A stretch of DNA of 38,724 nt, from NCBI GenBank assembly GCA_030613575.1, contig JAUWLP010000002.1, forward strand, positions 1 through 38,724. Reading direction: 5' to 3'. Positions 1 to 7,998 of the stretch are shown here, piece by piece; position 1 is the first letter of the stretch; every line of letters starts with the position of its first letter. A model generated the notes under the pieces. The model made no database searches. It saw nothing but the letters and a program-made list of their open reading frames with translations, and was not told the origin of the DNA. The position numbers were made by a program, and so were the translations under genes. The DNA is from Desulfobacteraceae bacterium. Lineage in GTDB: Bacteria > Desulfobacterota > Desulfobacteria > Desulfobacterales > UBA11574.

Positions 1-1
1 T

Positions 2-1177
2 GAGACCTATGGAATGGAAGTCCCTGTTCTTTCTCAGGAGACCCAGGAAAAGATGAAACCCTTTTTACTTCAAGGTATGCCGGCCAGTAACCCCATTGAT
101 TACGGGGGGACTGCCGAAGAGAATCCTCACATGATCACCGAGTGCGTAAAGGTATGCATGGAAGATGATCAGGTGGATGGCATATACATCACAGGCTTTT
201 TTGGCGGCTTTAAGGATATTATTGCTCCCCATGTGGCCGAATTAGAGGAGCAGACATCACGGGATCTTGTTGATTTAGTGAAAGAACACAAGAAACCGCG
301 TGTTATGCATACGAGGTTTGCAAGAGGACAACTAAAATCCCTTGACATACTGAAGGCGGCCGGCGTTCCGGTTATGGAATCATCTGACCGATCTACCCAG
401 TGTATGAGCGCACTCATGAAGTTTGCCATCAATCGGGAGAAGATCAGCCGGATGCATATTCCAGATGGGGAACCCAAAACACGGCCCGCGGTGAAGGCGA
501 TCTTTAAGAAGGCTCAGGGTGAAAACAGGTCTAATCTTCTCGACACAGACTCGAGAGACCTGCTCAAAGAATATGGTATTCCATTGCCAGAAGCAGAGTT
601 AGCATGTGATTGTGAAAAAGCAGTAGAGGTAGCACGCAAGATTTCTTGCCCCCTGGCAATGAAGGTGATGAGCCCTGACATTATCCACAAGTCCGATGCG
701 GGAGGTATCAAGTTAGACCTCAAAAACGAAAAGGATGTGGAGAAAGCCTTTGGAGAAATCGTTGAAAATGCCTGCAAATTGACCACAAAAGAACGGGTCA
801 TTGGAACACTTATTTCACCAATGGTGGCCAAAGGTCAAGAGTGCATTATTGGGATGATTCGGGATCCCCAGTTTGGTCCTGTGATCATGTTTGGCCTGGG
901 CGGCATATTTGTTGAGGTCTTGAAAGATGTCTCTTTCAGGGTCGCTCCACTGGCTGAGGAAGATATTGATCAAATGATCATGGATATAAAGGGCTACAAA
1001 GTTTTAACCGGGATCAGAGGGGAAGCGCCAAAGGATATTGAGGCCATTAAGGGTATCCTTTCAAAAATCTCTGAGATCGCCATTGACAATCCTGAGATTA
1101 ATGAGATCGACTTGAATCCGGTCATAGCCCATGAAAAAGGAATTTCCATTGTGGATTCACGTGTGATTCTCGGTTGA
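2..1177 (+). CDS. ADP-forming acetyl-CoA synthetase / acetate--CoA ligase family protein, C-terminal ATP-grasp part (5' partial)
   Basis: Frame is open from nt 2 to the window edge. Family-typical blocks are present: MKVMSPDIIHKSDAGGIKLDL, IGMIRDPQFGPVIMFGLGGIFVEVLKD, GIRGEAPKD, EIDLNPV. Confidence 0.8.
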   Translation, partial: ETYGMEVPVLSQETQEKMKPFLLQGMPASNPIDYGGTAEENPHMITECVKVCMEDDQVDGIYITGFFGGFKDIIAPHVAELEEQTSRDLVDLVKEHKKPRVMHTRFARGQLKSLDILKAAGVPVMESSDRSTQCMSALMKFAINREKISRMHIPDGEPKTRPAVKAIFKKAQGENRSNLLDTDSRDLLKEYGIPLPEAELACDCEKAVEVARKISCPLAMKVMSPDIIHKSDAGGIKLDLKNEKDVEKAFGEIVENACKLTTKERVIGTLISPMVAKGQECIIGMIRDPQFGPVIMFGLGGIFVEVLKDVSFRVAPLAEEDIDQMIMDIKGYKVLTGIRGEAPKDIEAIKGILSKISEIAIDNPEINEIDLNPVIAHEKGISIVDSRVILG

Positions 1178-1382
1178 TTCATACTAACAAAATCCCAGCG
1201 TACTTTGCATCTTGCGGTGAACTGTTTTTGCAGAAGTTCAGATGTCTATTTTCTTACAAGATTCATCCCGCTTACAGCGGGACTCAACCCACCCTACGAC
1301 ATGATAAATTTCAGTGAGTTACATCTAACCGCACAGGTCGAAAAAATTTACTCCGGATAAAGGCCTTGAGCGAATGATAATG

Positions 1383-1539
1383 GTTCTATAGCCTTTCAGA
1401 GTTTAGGCGTCCCGCCAGGCGGGATAAAATCCTTACGGCCCGCCCTCCCCGTCCCGAGACCGGGACGGGATCGGGAGGCGCGACATCCCGGGATGTAGCT
1501 ATTATCGCTGCAATATTTACAAAGCTGAAGTTATAGAAC
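1383..1539. repeat. GC-rich multi-hairpin element bounded by an imperfect inverted repeat
   Basis: Arms are GTTCTATAGCCTTTCAG (1383-1399) and CTGAAGTTATAGAAC (1525-1539). Inside are hairpins TCCCGC-CAG-GCGGGA (1410-1424) and CCGTCCCG-AGAC-CGGGACGG (1449-1468, extendable to 1444-1478), plus the palindrome CATCCCGGGATG (1484-1495). A similar TCCCGC/GCGGGA hairpin sits at 1266-1282. Confidence 0.45.
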
Positions 1540-1706
1540 ATATGCATTGCGAATCAGGTCTGGGCCAGGGATAAACTCCACCGGAATTTATTGAGAAGTT
1601 GCCTCTAACGCTCGTAACTTACTAATATTACGGCCTGTTAATTCAACTTTTTTTGTATTTTGTGGCTTTTTGCGGCTATATCAACTTTCGAAAGGAGATA
1701 AAAGAA

Positions 1707-2693
1707 ATGATGCAAATTAAAAGATTTTTCAGATTGAGTTCCATTGTTGTAGTTGTACTTTTTATTTTGAATGGATCAGGTTTTGCGGCTGAAAAGGTGA
1801 GTAAAGTTATTCTCACAAGCCCTTTCTCACCCCTTGCCATGCCCATGGCCTATATCGTTGAAAACAATCTGCTTAAAAATGTGGCTAAAGATGTTGAACT
1901 GGTCATATGGAACACGCCGGACCAGTTAAGGGCCATGATAACGAAAGGCCAGGCGCATTTTGTTTCCATCCCCAGTAATGTTGCAAGCATCTTTTACAAT
2001 AAAGGTGTGCCGCTCAATCTGGTAAGGATCTCAATCTGGGGGGTATTTTATGTTATCAGCAGTGATACTTCTGTTAAATCCCTGTATGACCTGAAAGGTC
2101 AGGAGATCTATATCCCCTTTCGCGGGGACCAGCCCGATCTTATGTTTCAGACTGTGTGCCGGGCCCAGGGGCTGGATCCGTTTAAGGATTTTCATATACA
2201 GTATGTGAGCTCGCCCCTTGATATTACCATGAGCCTTTTGGCAGGCAAGATAAATAATGCATTTATGATAGAGCCGGGAGCTGCCATGGCCATTATGAAG
2301 GCAAAAAGGAAAGGGATGACGTTTAAGAGGGTCATCGATATTCAAAAAGAATGGGGCAGGGCAACAGGAGGGAGTCCGAGGTTCCCCAATGCCGGGGTTG
2401 TGGCCCTTCCTAATGTGCTGAAAAGCCCTGCGGTTGTGGATGCATTTCTGAAAGCCTATGATGCAGGCGTAAAATGGACCAACAAGAATCCCGGAGATGC
2501 CGCAATCCTGGCGGCGAAACATGTAAAAGGAGTAAATGCCGCGGCCTTTGAAGACGCATTAAAATATACGATTTTTGAATCTGTAAGCGGAAGGGATTCC
2601 AGAAAGGCGCTTGAAGTGATGTTCTCCAAATTCATGAAGCTGAACCCCAAATCTGTTGGCGGTAAGCTCCCTGATAAAGGGTTTTATTATTAG
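1707..2693 (+). CDS. ABC transporter substrate-binding protein, NMT1/THI5-like (NitT/TauT family), secreted (copy 1)
   Basis: AAAGGAG RBS lies 7-8 nt before ATG 1707; the track's TTG at 1653 is rejected. It has a signal peptide (MMQIKRFFRLSSIVVVVLFILNGSGFA). It is paralogous to 9776-10759, e.g. the shared C-terminus NPKSVGGKLPD. Confidence 0.85.
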   Translation: MMQIKRFFRLSSIVVVVLFILNGSGFAAEKVSKVILTSPFSPLAMPMAYIVENNLLKNVAKDVELVIWNTPDQLRAMITKGQAHFVSIPSNVASIFYNKGVPLNLVRISIWGVFYVISSDTSVKSLYDLKGQEIYIPFRGDQPDLMFQTVCRAQGLDPFKDFHIQYVSSPLDITMSLLAGKINNAFMIEPGAAMAIMKAKRKGMTFKRVIDIQKEWGRATGGSPRFPNAGVVALPNVLKSPAVVDAFLKAYDAGVKWTNKNPGDAAILAAKHVKGVNAAAFEDALKYTIFESVSGRDSRKALEVMFSKFMKLNPKSVGGKLPDKGFYY

Positions 2694-2706
2694 AATCGGC
2701 ATATCA

Positions 2707-3471
2707 ATGCCTGCCGTGAACTTACTAAATACCAAGACCCGTTATGGTCTTATGGGTGTATGCCTTTTTTTCTTGGCCTGGCAGGCGTTATCCACCATCT
2801 TTCATGAGATTATCATAGCTTCTCCAGCCGACACCCTTCTCAGCCTGATTGAGATGGTTCAGACGGTGGATTTCTGGAAGAATGTCGGAATCACCATTGG
2901 AAGATTCGGGTTGAGTCTCTTGTTTGGCAGCCTGGTTGGGTTTGTGCTGGGACTGGTAGCCGGTCTGAATAAAAAAATGAGATGGCTGTTTGAGCCCTTC
3001 CGCTGGTCCCTTATGACGATGCCCCCCGTTGTTCTTGTGGTGGTGAGCATGATCTGGTTCGGCATGGGAAGCATTCAGACCATCTTTGTCACCGCGCTTT
3101 TAATCATCCCCATTATATATGTAAATACCATTGAGGGGATAGAGGCGGTGGACGCAAGTATTCTGGAGATGGGAAGGGTCTACAAGGCCAATTCCCGGAT
3201 GCTTTTAAAAGAGATTTATCTTCCGGGAATCGGTGGGCCGGTACTTGCCGGTCTCACTCTTTCCGCAGGCCTGGGCATTAGAATAGTTGTTTTAGCGGAA
3301 CTTCTCGGGGCTTACAGCGGCATAGGGTATGAATTTTCTCTTGCAAGGACGAATCTGGACACGCCCGCTCTTTTTGCCTGGATCATGGTCTGCCTTTTTC
3401 TCGGTGGATTTGTTGATTTAGGTATCCTGAACCCCATAAGGAACCATATTATGAGATGGAAAGCAGAATGA
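2707..3471 (+). CDS. ABC transporter permease, NitT/TauT family (copy 1)
   Basis: Polytopic hydrophobic protein that aligns along its length with 10759-11541 (FEPFRWSLMTMPPVVLVVVSMIWFGMGS vs LEPFRWIMLSIPPVVVVVLAMLWFGMGS). ATG 2707 was chosen by alignment with the paralog N-terminus; the RBS is weak. Confidence 0.8.
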   Translation: MPAVNLLNTKTRYGLMGVCLFFLAWQALSTIFHEIIIASPADTLLSLIEMVQTVDFWKNVGITIGRFGLSLLFGSLVGFVLGLVAGLNKKMRWLFEPFRWSLMTMPPVVLVVVSMIWFGMGSIQTIFVTALLIIPIIYVNTIEGIEAVDASILEMGRVYKANSRMLLKEIYLPGIGGPVLAGLTLSAGLGIRIVVLAELLGAYSGIGYEFSLARTNLDTPALFAWIMVCLFLGGFVDLGILNPIRNHIMRWKAE

Positions 3472-4157
3472 TTGAGTTTGTAAGTGTATACAAGGCCTTT
3501 AACGGAAGACCAGTATTCAATCAAACGTCATTTCGCGTTCAGAAAAATGAGGTTGTTGGCTTGTTAGGGCGATCCGGAGTTGGCAAATCCACCATACTCA
3601 GGATGATCAGCGGCCTTACCAGCCCTGACTCCGGAACCGTGAAGGTTAACAGTTCAAGGATCGGATATATCTTCCAGGAACCCCGTTTAATTCCCTGGAA
3701 AACGGCGCGGGAAAACATATGTTTTGGTTTAAAAGCAATGGGGGTTAACTCTAAAGATGCAAAAGACATTGCCCTGGAATATATCGAGAAACTGGATTTA
3801 AAAGGCTTTGAAAATCATTATCCCAACCAGTTGAGTGGAGGAATGAGCCAAAGGGTGTCCATAGGCAGGGCCTTTGCGATTGGTCCTGATATTCTTCTTA
3901 TGGATGAACCTTTCAGCGCCCTTGACCTCGGGCTAAAAGATGCCCTGCTTGGAATCGTTCAAGAGATGCTGGCCCATCATCAATCCATGACCGTGCTTTA
4001 TGTCTCACACGATCCCGAAGAAGTTTCAAGGCTGGCAAAGCGGTTTTTGCTCTTAATCGACGGTGGTGTCATTCAGGAGTTTTCGCCAGGCCCGGACAGA
4101 TCATTTAAAAGAATGTTGCGTAAAAGATTTCGCAATAGAAATTTTAAGAACAGGTAA
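3468..4157 (+). CDS. ABC transporter ATP-binding protein (copy 1)
   Basis: ATGA start/stop overlap with the permease at 3468-3471. Motifs: Walker A GRSGVGKST, signature LSGGMSQRV, Walker B LLMDEPFSALD, H-loop VSHD. Confidence 0.9.
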   Translation: MIEFVSVYKAFNGRPVFNQTSFRVQKNEVVGLLGRSGVGKSTILRMISGLTSPDSGTVKVNSSRIGYIFQEPRLIPWKTARENICFGLKAMGVNSKDAKDIALEYIEKLDLKGFENHYPNQLSGGMSQRVSIGRAFAIGPDILLMDEPFSALDLGLKDALLGIVQEMLAHHQSMTVLYVSHDPEEVSRLAKRFLLLIDGGVIQEFSPGPDRSFKRMLRKRFRNRNFKNR

Positions 4158-4320
4158 CCGTTCATGGGTTCACGGTTCAGGGGTTCAGGGTTAGACTGAT
4201 GAAGGAAGGATTCGATTCTTACAATACATCAAACGAGCTTGCACTGAAGTTAAAAGTAAAAAGATGAAAATCGTGAAGTAATTAACCTCTGAACCGTGAA
4301 CCTTTGAACCGTGAACGGTT
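4156..4320. repeat. Inverted pair of 38-nt GTTCA-pentamer arrays flanking an 89-nt spacer
   Basis: Left arm is AACCGTTCATGGGTTCACGGTTCAGGGGTTCAGGGTTA (4156-4193). Right arm is TAACCTCTGAACCGTGAACCTTTGAACCGTGAACGGTT (4283-4320). Each arm has four GTTCA/TGAAC units separated by 2-3 nt. The element lies between the ATPase stop and the GTPase RBS. Confidence 0.6.
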
Positions 4321-4339
4321 TTGAGAACAGGAGGCAGAT

Positions 4340-5050
4340 ATGAAATTCATAACAGTGGCAGGTCCCCCTTCCTCTGGGAAGACCCTTGTGATAATCCATC
4401 TTATCAGGCTTTTGAAGGATGATTATTTAAAGGTGGTTGTGGGCAAGATTGACTGCCATGAAACAGCAGACGGAACACTCTTTAAGGAAAGGCTGAGGAT
4501 ACCGGTAGTAGTCGGGCGAAGTGATTATGTGTGCCCTGATCACTATGGTGTAGTGAATGCGGAAGAGATATTTAAATTTGGTGAATCACATGATGCGGAC
4601 ATAACTATCGTGGAAACTGCCGGCCTTTGTCACAGATGTGCACCGGCCATTATAGGCTGTATGGCTATCGCTGTTGTCGATAATGTCAGCGGCATTGATA
4701 CACCCAGAAAGATAGGTCCCATGCTTACAACAGCCGATGTGGTTGTAATAACCAAAGGGGATATGGTGTCCCAGGCAGAGCGGGAAGTTTTCAGAAGTAA
4801 TGTGCTGGAAGTTAATCCGGATGCAAAGACGGTTGAGCTAAACGGCCTGACAGGGATGGGTTCGCTTAACCTTAAACGAGTGGTACTGGATGCGCCGGAT
4901 ATAGATACCCTCACGGGCATGGAACTCAGACACGATATGCCTGCTGCCGTGTGTTCATACTGTGAAGGGGAAACTAAGATCGGTTCGGATTATCAAATGG
5001 GCAATATCATAAAAATGGATGTTAAAGAGGTTGAAAATGGATATCAATGA
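4340..5050 (+). CDS. G3E-family P-loop GTPase, HypB/UreG-like putative metallochaperone (copy 1)
   Basis: AGGAGG RBS precedes the start. Motifs: Walker A GPPSSGKT, G3E-type ExxG (VETAGL), NKxD-like ITKGD. Cys/His motifs are conserved with the paralog 7999-8682: IDC, CPDH, AGLCHRCAP, CSYCEGE. Confidence 0.75.
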   Translation: MKFITVAGPPSSGKTLVIIHLIRLLKDDYLKVVVGKIDCHETADGTLFKERLRIPVVVGRSDYVCPDHYGVVNAEEIFKFGESHDADITIVETAGLCHRCAPAIIGCMAIAVVDNVSGIDTPRKIGPMLTTADVVVITKGDMVSQAEREVFRSNVLEVNPDAKTVELNGLTGMGSLNLKRVVLDAPDIDTLTGMELRHDMPAAVCSYCEGETKIGSDYQMGNIIKMDVKEVENGYQ

Positions 5051-5828
5051 AATAAAAATTGTATCCGGCACTGATAAAAACGGCAATTCTGAATCCGTAG
5101 AAGAATTAACAATCAGAAAAGGAGATATTTTAGTCTTAGCCGGTCCTACAGGTTCAGGGAAAAGCCTGCTCTTATCTGACATAGAGCAACTGGCCAACGG
5201 TGATTCCCCATCCGGAAGGAGGGTGCTTGTTGACAATAAGGTCATGGACCCTTTCAGTATGCGAATAACCGCATGTCTATCACAGAACATGCATTTTGTG
5301 ATGGATCTTGATGTGGGCAGTTTTATAGGTCTACATGCTAAAAGCAGGAAAATTGAGACTAACAATACGGTAGAAAAGGTCCTGAAACAGGCAAATGACC
5401 TGGCAGGAGAACCTTTATCAGCAGATATGCATCTTGCGTCATTAAGTGGTGGGCAGTCAAGGGCCCTCATGATATCTGATGCCGCCCTTATCAGTAACGC
5501 GCCTGTGGTATTGATAGATGAGATTGAGAATGCCGGAATCAATAAAACCATGGGTATTCAGTTGCTTTCCACAGAGGGCAAGATGGTCTTAATTGCCACC
5601 CATGATCCCACCTTAATGCTTACTGCACAAAAGAGAATCATCATGAAGAACGGAGCCATGTTCAGGCTTATTCAATCGGATGACGTCGAGCGGAAGCACC
5701 TAAAATATTTTCTTGAAATAGACAGGGTCCTTGAAGGCTTCAGACACAGCTTGAGACATGGGAACAGGCTGGATGAAGAGACTTTAAAGAGATTAGTTGA
5801 ATTGGAGGGAGCTAATCATGAACAGTAA
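5037..5828 (+). CDS. Stand-alone ABC-type ATPase with no transmembrane partner domain (copy 1)
   Basis: AGAGG RBS before ATG 5037, which overlaps the GTPase stop by 14 nt. Motifs: Walker A GPTGSGKS, Q-loop LSQNMHF, signature LSGGQSRAL, Walker B VVLIDEIENAG, H-loop IATHDP. Confidence 0.8.
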   Translation: MDINEIKIVSGTDKNGNSESVEELTIRKGDILVLAGPTGSGKSLLLSDIEQLANGDSPSGRRVLVDNKVMDPFSMRITACLSQNMHFVMDLDVGSFIGLHAKSRKIETNNTVEKVLKQANDLAGEPLSADMHLASLSGGQSRALMISDAALISNAPVVLIDEIENAGINKTMGIQLLSTEGKMVLIATHDPTLMLTAQKRIIMKNGAMFRLIQSDDVERKHLKYFLEIDRVLEGFRHSLRHGNRLDEETLKRLVELEGANHEQ

Positions 5829-6690
5829 AAACAAAGTGTATATTTCCGTTCCGGTTAACATTGCCAGGAATATAACTATGGGCATAAAGGAAATCTGTCC
5901 GGATTCTGAGGTTTTTTCATCTTCTAAGAAATATTATGCCGATGATCTGGTATTTCTGGAAAACATAAAGGCAGGTAAATTAGAGGAAGTGCCGGATATC
6001 ATCGTCACAATCCGCCCAGAGATATTATGGGAGAAAAACTACCTGATTGAATCAGGATTCTTTGACAGCCAATACAGGTATAAGGTGGATAGTTTTATCG
6101 AATCTAAAGGCTTTTTAGATGAAAAGTGGATCTTAAAACCTGTCTTTATAATGCCGCTTATCATTTTTTTTAACAAAGGTGTCAAAAATCCGCCGGAGTC
6201 ATGGGAATCCCTCATGAAAGCCCGCTTTAAGGGAAAGATTCTCTGTACAAATGAAAACACTCCTCCCGCTTCTCTTTTCAGGCAATTTTATACCCATCAT
6301 TTTGGAGATGAAGGAAAGGATTTTGTGGATAACAGTGTTAATTACAGGGGGCTGCCCATAGACGTGAATATTGCGGTTGGAAAAGGGGAGTATGACATCG
6401 GAATTATGCCCATATCATTTGCTAAATTTTCAAGAGACAACAGCGCCGCTTTTTGCTGGCCACCTGAGGGCGCCCTTCCCCTTATGCAGGTGATGATAAT
6501 GAAAAATGGCTTTAGCGATGATTCCATGAAAGCAGCCGATTTTTTAATTTCAGAAAATGTGCAGCAGGTATTCAGCAAGAATGCAGGCTTTATACCGGTA
6601 ATCCCGAATGTTGCGCCGCCAGAAGAGTTCAAAAAAAACAATATGAACCTGTTATGGAAAGGCTGGGACTCCTTTATTGATATGGCGTAA
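5818..6690 (+). CDS. Signal-less protein tentatively of the type-2 periplasmic-binding-protein fold (copy 1)
   Basis: GGAGGGAG RBS before ATG 5818, with an 11-nt overlap with the upstream ATPase. There is no signal peptide. The C-terminal two thirds align by eye with 6750-7982 (WPPEGALPLMQVMIM vs WPEDGAIVSPIYML; LWKGWDSF vs QWIGWEFL). The CDS call is confident; the fold assignment is tentative. Confidence 0.55.
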   Translation: MNSKNKVYISVPVNIARNITMGIKEICPDSEVFSSSKKYYADDLVFLENIKAGKLEEVPDIIVTIRPEILWEKNYLIESGFFDSQYRYKVDSFIESKGFLDEKWILKPVFIMPLIIFFNKGVKNPPESWESLMKARFKGKILCTNENTPPASLFRQFYTHHFGDEGKDFVDNSVNYRGLPIDVNIAVGKGEYDIGIMPISFAKFSRDNSAAFCWPPEGALPLMQVMIMKNGFSDDSMKAADFLISENVQQVFSKNAGFIPVIPNVAPPEEFKKNNMNLLWKGWDSFIDMA

Positions 6691-6704
6691 CTACCTATGT
6701 TGTC

Positions 6705-6732
6705 AGGTTCAAAGTTCACGGTTCAGGGGTTA
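6705..6732. repeat. Single GTTCA-pentamer array sharing an identical 18-mer with 4168-4185
   Basis: Sequence is AGGTTCAAAGTTCACGGTTCAGGGGTTA. GTTCACGGTTCAGGGGTT at 6714-6731 equals 4168-4185 in the same orientation. It lies immediately upstream of the RBS of the 6750 gene. Confidence 0.55.
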
Positions 6733-6749
6733 AAGGAAAGGAGATAAAA

Positions 6750-7982
6750 ATGATTGAGGTGACTATGACTATTCGTTCGATCATCGAGCAGTACCCGGAA
6801 ACACGGGCTGTGTTTATTGCGAATGGACTCGATGATCTGGTCGACAAAAGAAATCTTGAAAAAGTCGGTGCTTTCCTGACCATTGAGTCCGCACTGAAGA
6901 TGAAGGAGAAGGATCTTGTGGCGTTTATGAATATGCTCTCAGAGCAAATTAGTTCAAACCACGATCGTATCGATATAACACTTGCGGAAGAAAAAAATGA
7001 GCAATTGGATGTAATCGGTCTTTTGCCGGTTTCGGTGCGTTTGCAGGTTTTGGAGACATTCGAAGCTCTTCGAGTTCGATTGCAGAAGGAAGAAGGCCTT
7101 TCTTTAGCCGGAAGATTCGCCGCAGCCCAGGAAGGCACTGACTGGGTTGCTGAGGCTTACGGCCAGGTTGAGGAGCCCCGAATGCTACCGGATATCTGTT
7201 TTTCAGCCGGTTTCGATTTCTTCTTTGCAAAGCCATTTACCGATCGGTTCATCAAATCAGGTGTTTTTAGAAAGCTTATGCCATGGACTGAAAATGAAGA
7301 TTTCCAGGGTCTCGGACTTCAGGATCCAAAAAGTAGATACTGTATTATAAGTGTTGTTCCAGCAGTATTTGTTGTTGACGAGCCAGCGCTTGAGGGTCGG
7401 TCTGTACCGCGAACCTGGGAAGATCTGCTTGGTAGTAGTTATGAAAGATCAATTGCAATGCCCGAGCGCAGTCTGGACATCCCAAGATCAATTCTGCTCA
7501 CCTTATATGCACGTTTTGGTGAAGAAGGAGTACGGTCTCTTGGCCGAAACACTGCAAGCCAGCTGCATCCTGCCCAGATGGTCAAGCAGATAAAATCAGC
7601 TGTAAAAGGTCGTCCAGCTGTGTCGGTGATGCCTTACTTTTTTTCAAGGACAGTAAACGAGGCAGAGGGAATAACTGTGATCTGGCCGGAAGACGGTGCC
7701 ATTGTCAGCCCAATCTACATGCTTGCAAAGTCTGATCCCGGGTTTTGCAGGGCCGACCCGCGTGTGGTCGAACGCGCTGCCGAACTTTTTTCAAGCCAGC
7801 AGATGGGAACAATTTTCACTAAAGGATACTTTCCTTCGCTTCATCCAAAGGTAAACAATGCCTTGCCGGATGAGGCCTCGTTTCAATGGATCGGCTGGGA
7901 ATTCTTAGAGGGGATGGATTCCGGGATTATACTCCCGCAGGTCTACAACCTGTTTGATGAAGAAATAGCCAGGACGGAATAG
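6750..7982 (+). CDS. Signal-less protein with a DUF1858-like N-terminal domain and a binding-protein-like body (copy 2)
   Basis: AAAGGAG RBS. The N-terminus IRSIIEQYPETRAVFIANGL...LTIESALKMKEKDL resembles the DUF1858/ScdA_N-type helical domain but lacks Cys. The remainder is paralogous to 5818-6690. No signal peptide. Confidence 0.55.
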   Translation: MIEVTMTIRSIIEQYPETRAVFIANGLDDLVDKRNLEKVGAFLTIESALKMKEKDLVAFMNMLSEQISSNHDRIDITLAEEKNEQLDVIGLLPVSVRLQVLETFEALRVRLQKEEGLSLAGRFAAAQEGTDWVAEAYGQVEEPRMLPDICFSAGFDFFFAKPFTDRFIKSGVFRKLMPWTENEDFQGLGLQDPKSRYCIISVVPAVFVVDEPALEGRSVPRTWEDLLGSSYERSIAMPERSLDIPRSILLTLYARFGEEGVRSLGRNTASQLHPAQMVKQIKSAVKGRPAVSVMPYFFSRTVNEAEGITVIWPEDGAIVSPIYMLAKSDPGFCRADPRVVERAAELFSSQQMGTIFTKGYFPSLHPKVNNALPDEASFQWIGWEFLEGMDSGIILPQVYNLFDEEIARTE

Positions 7983-7998
7983 CAAGGAGCAACAGAAA

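Noticed and set aside
1540-1706. A TPP or cobalamin riboswitch upstream of the NMT1/ThiY-like importer (also considered for 9734-9775).
   Set aside because: I could not find the CUGAGA/ACCUGA TPP core or a B12-box-like element. The copy-2 importer has only a 42-nt gap upstream. This needs an Infernal scan to exclude formally.
4199-4267. A 22-codon ORF (MKEGFDSYNTSNELALKLKVKR) in the spacer of the GTTCA hairpin.
   Set aside because: There is no Shine-Dalgarno sequence and nothing to distinguish it from chance in an 89-nt AT-rich spacer.
4156-6732. The GTTCA arrays as a CRISPR array.
   Set aside because: Units are only 5 nt with 2-3-nt gaps and there are 3-4 units per array. There are no spacers of 25-40 nt and no cas genes.
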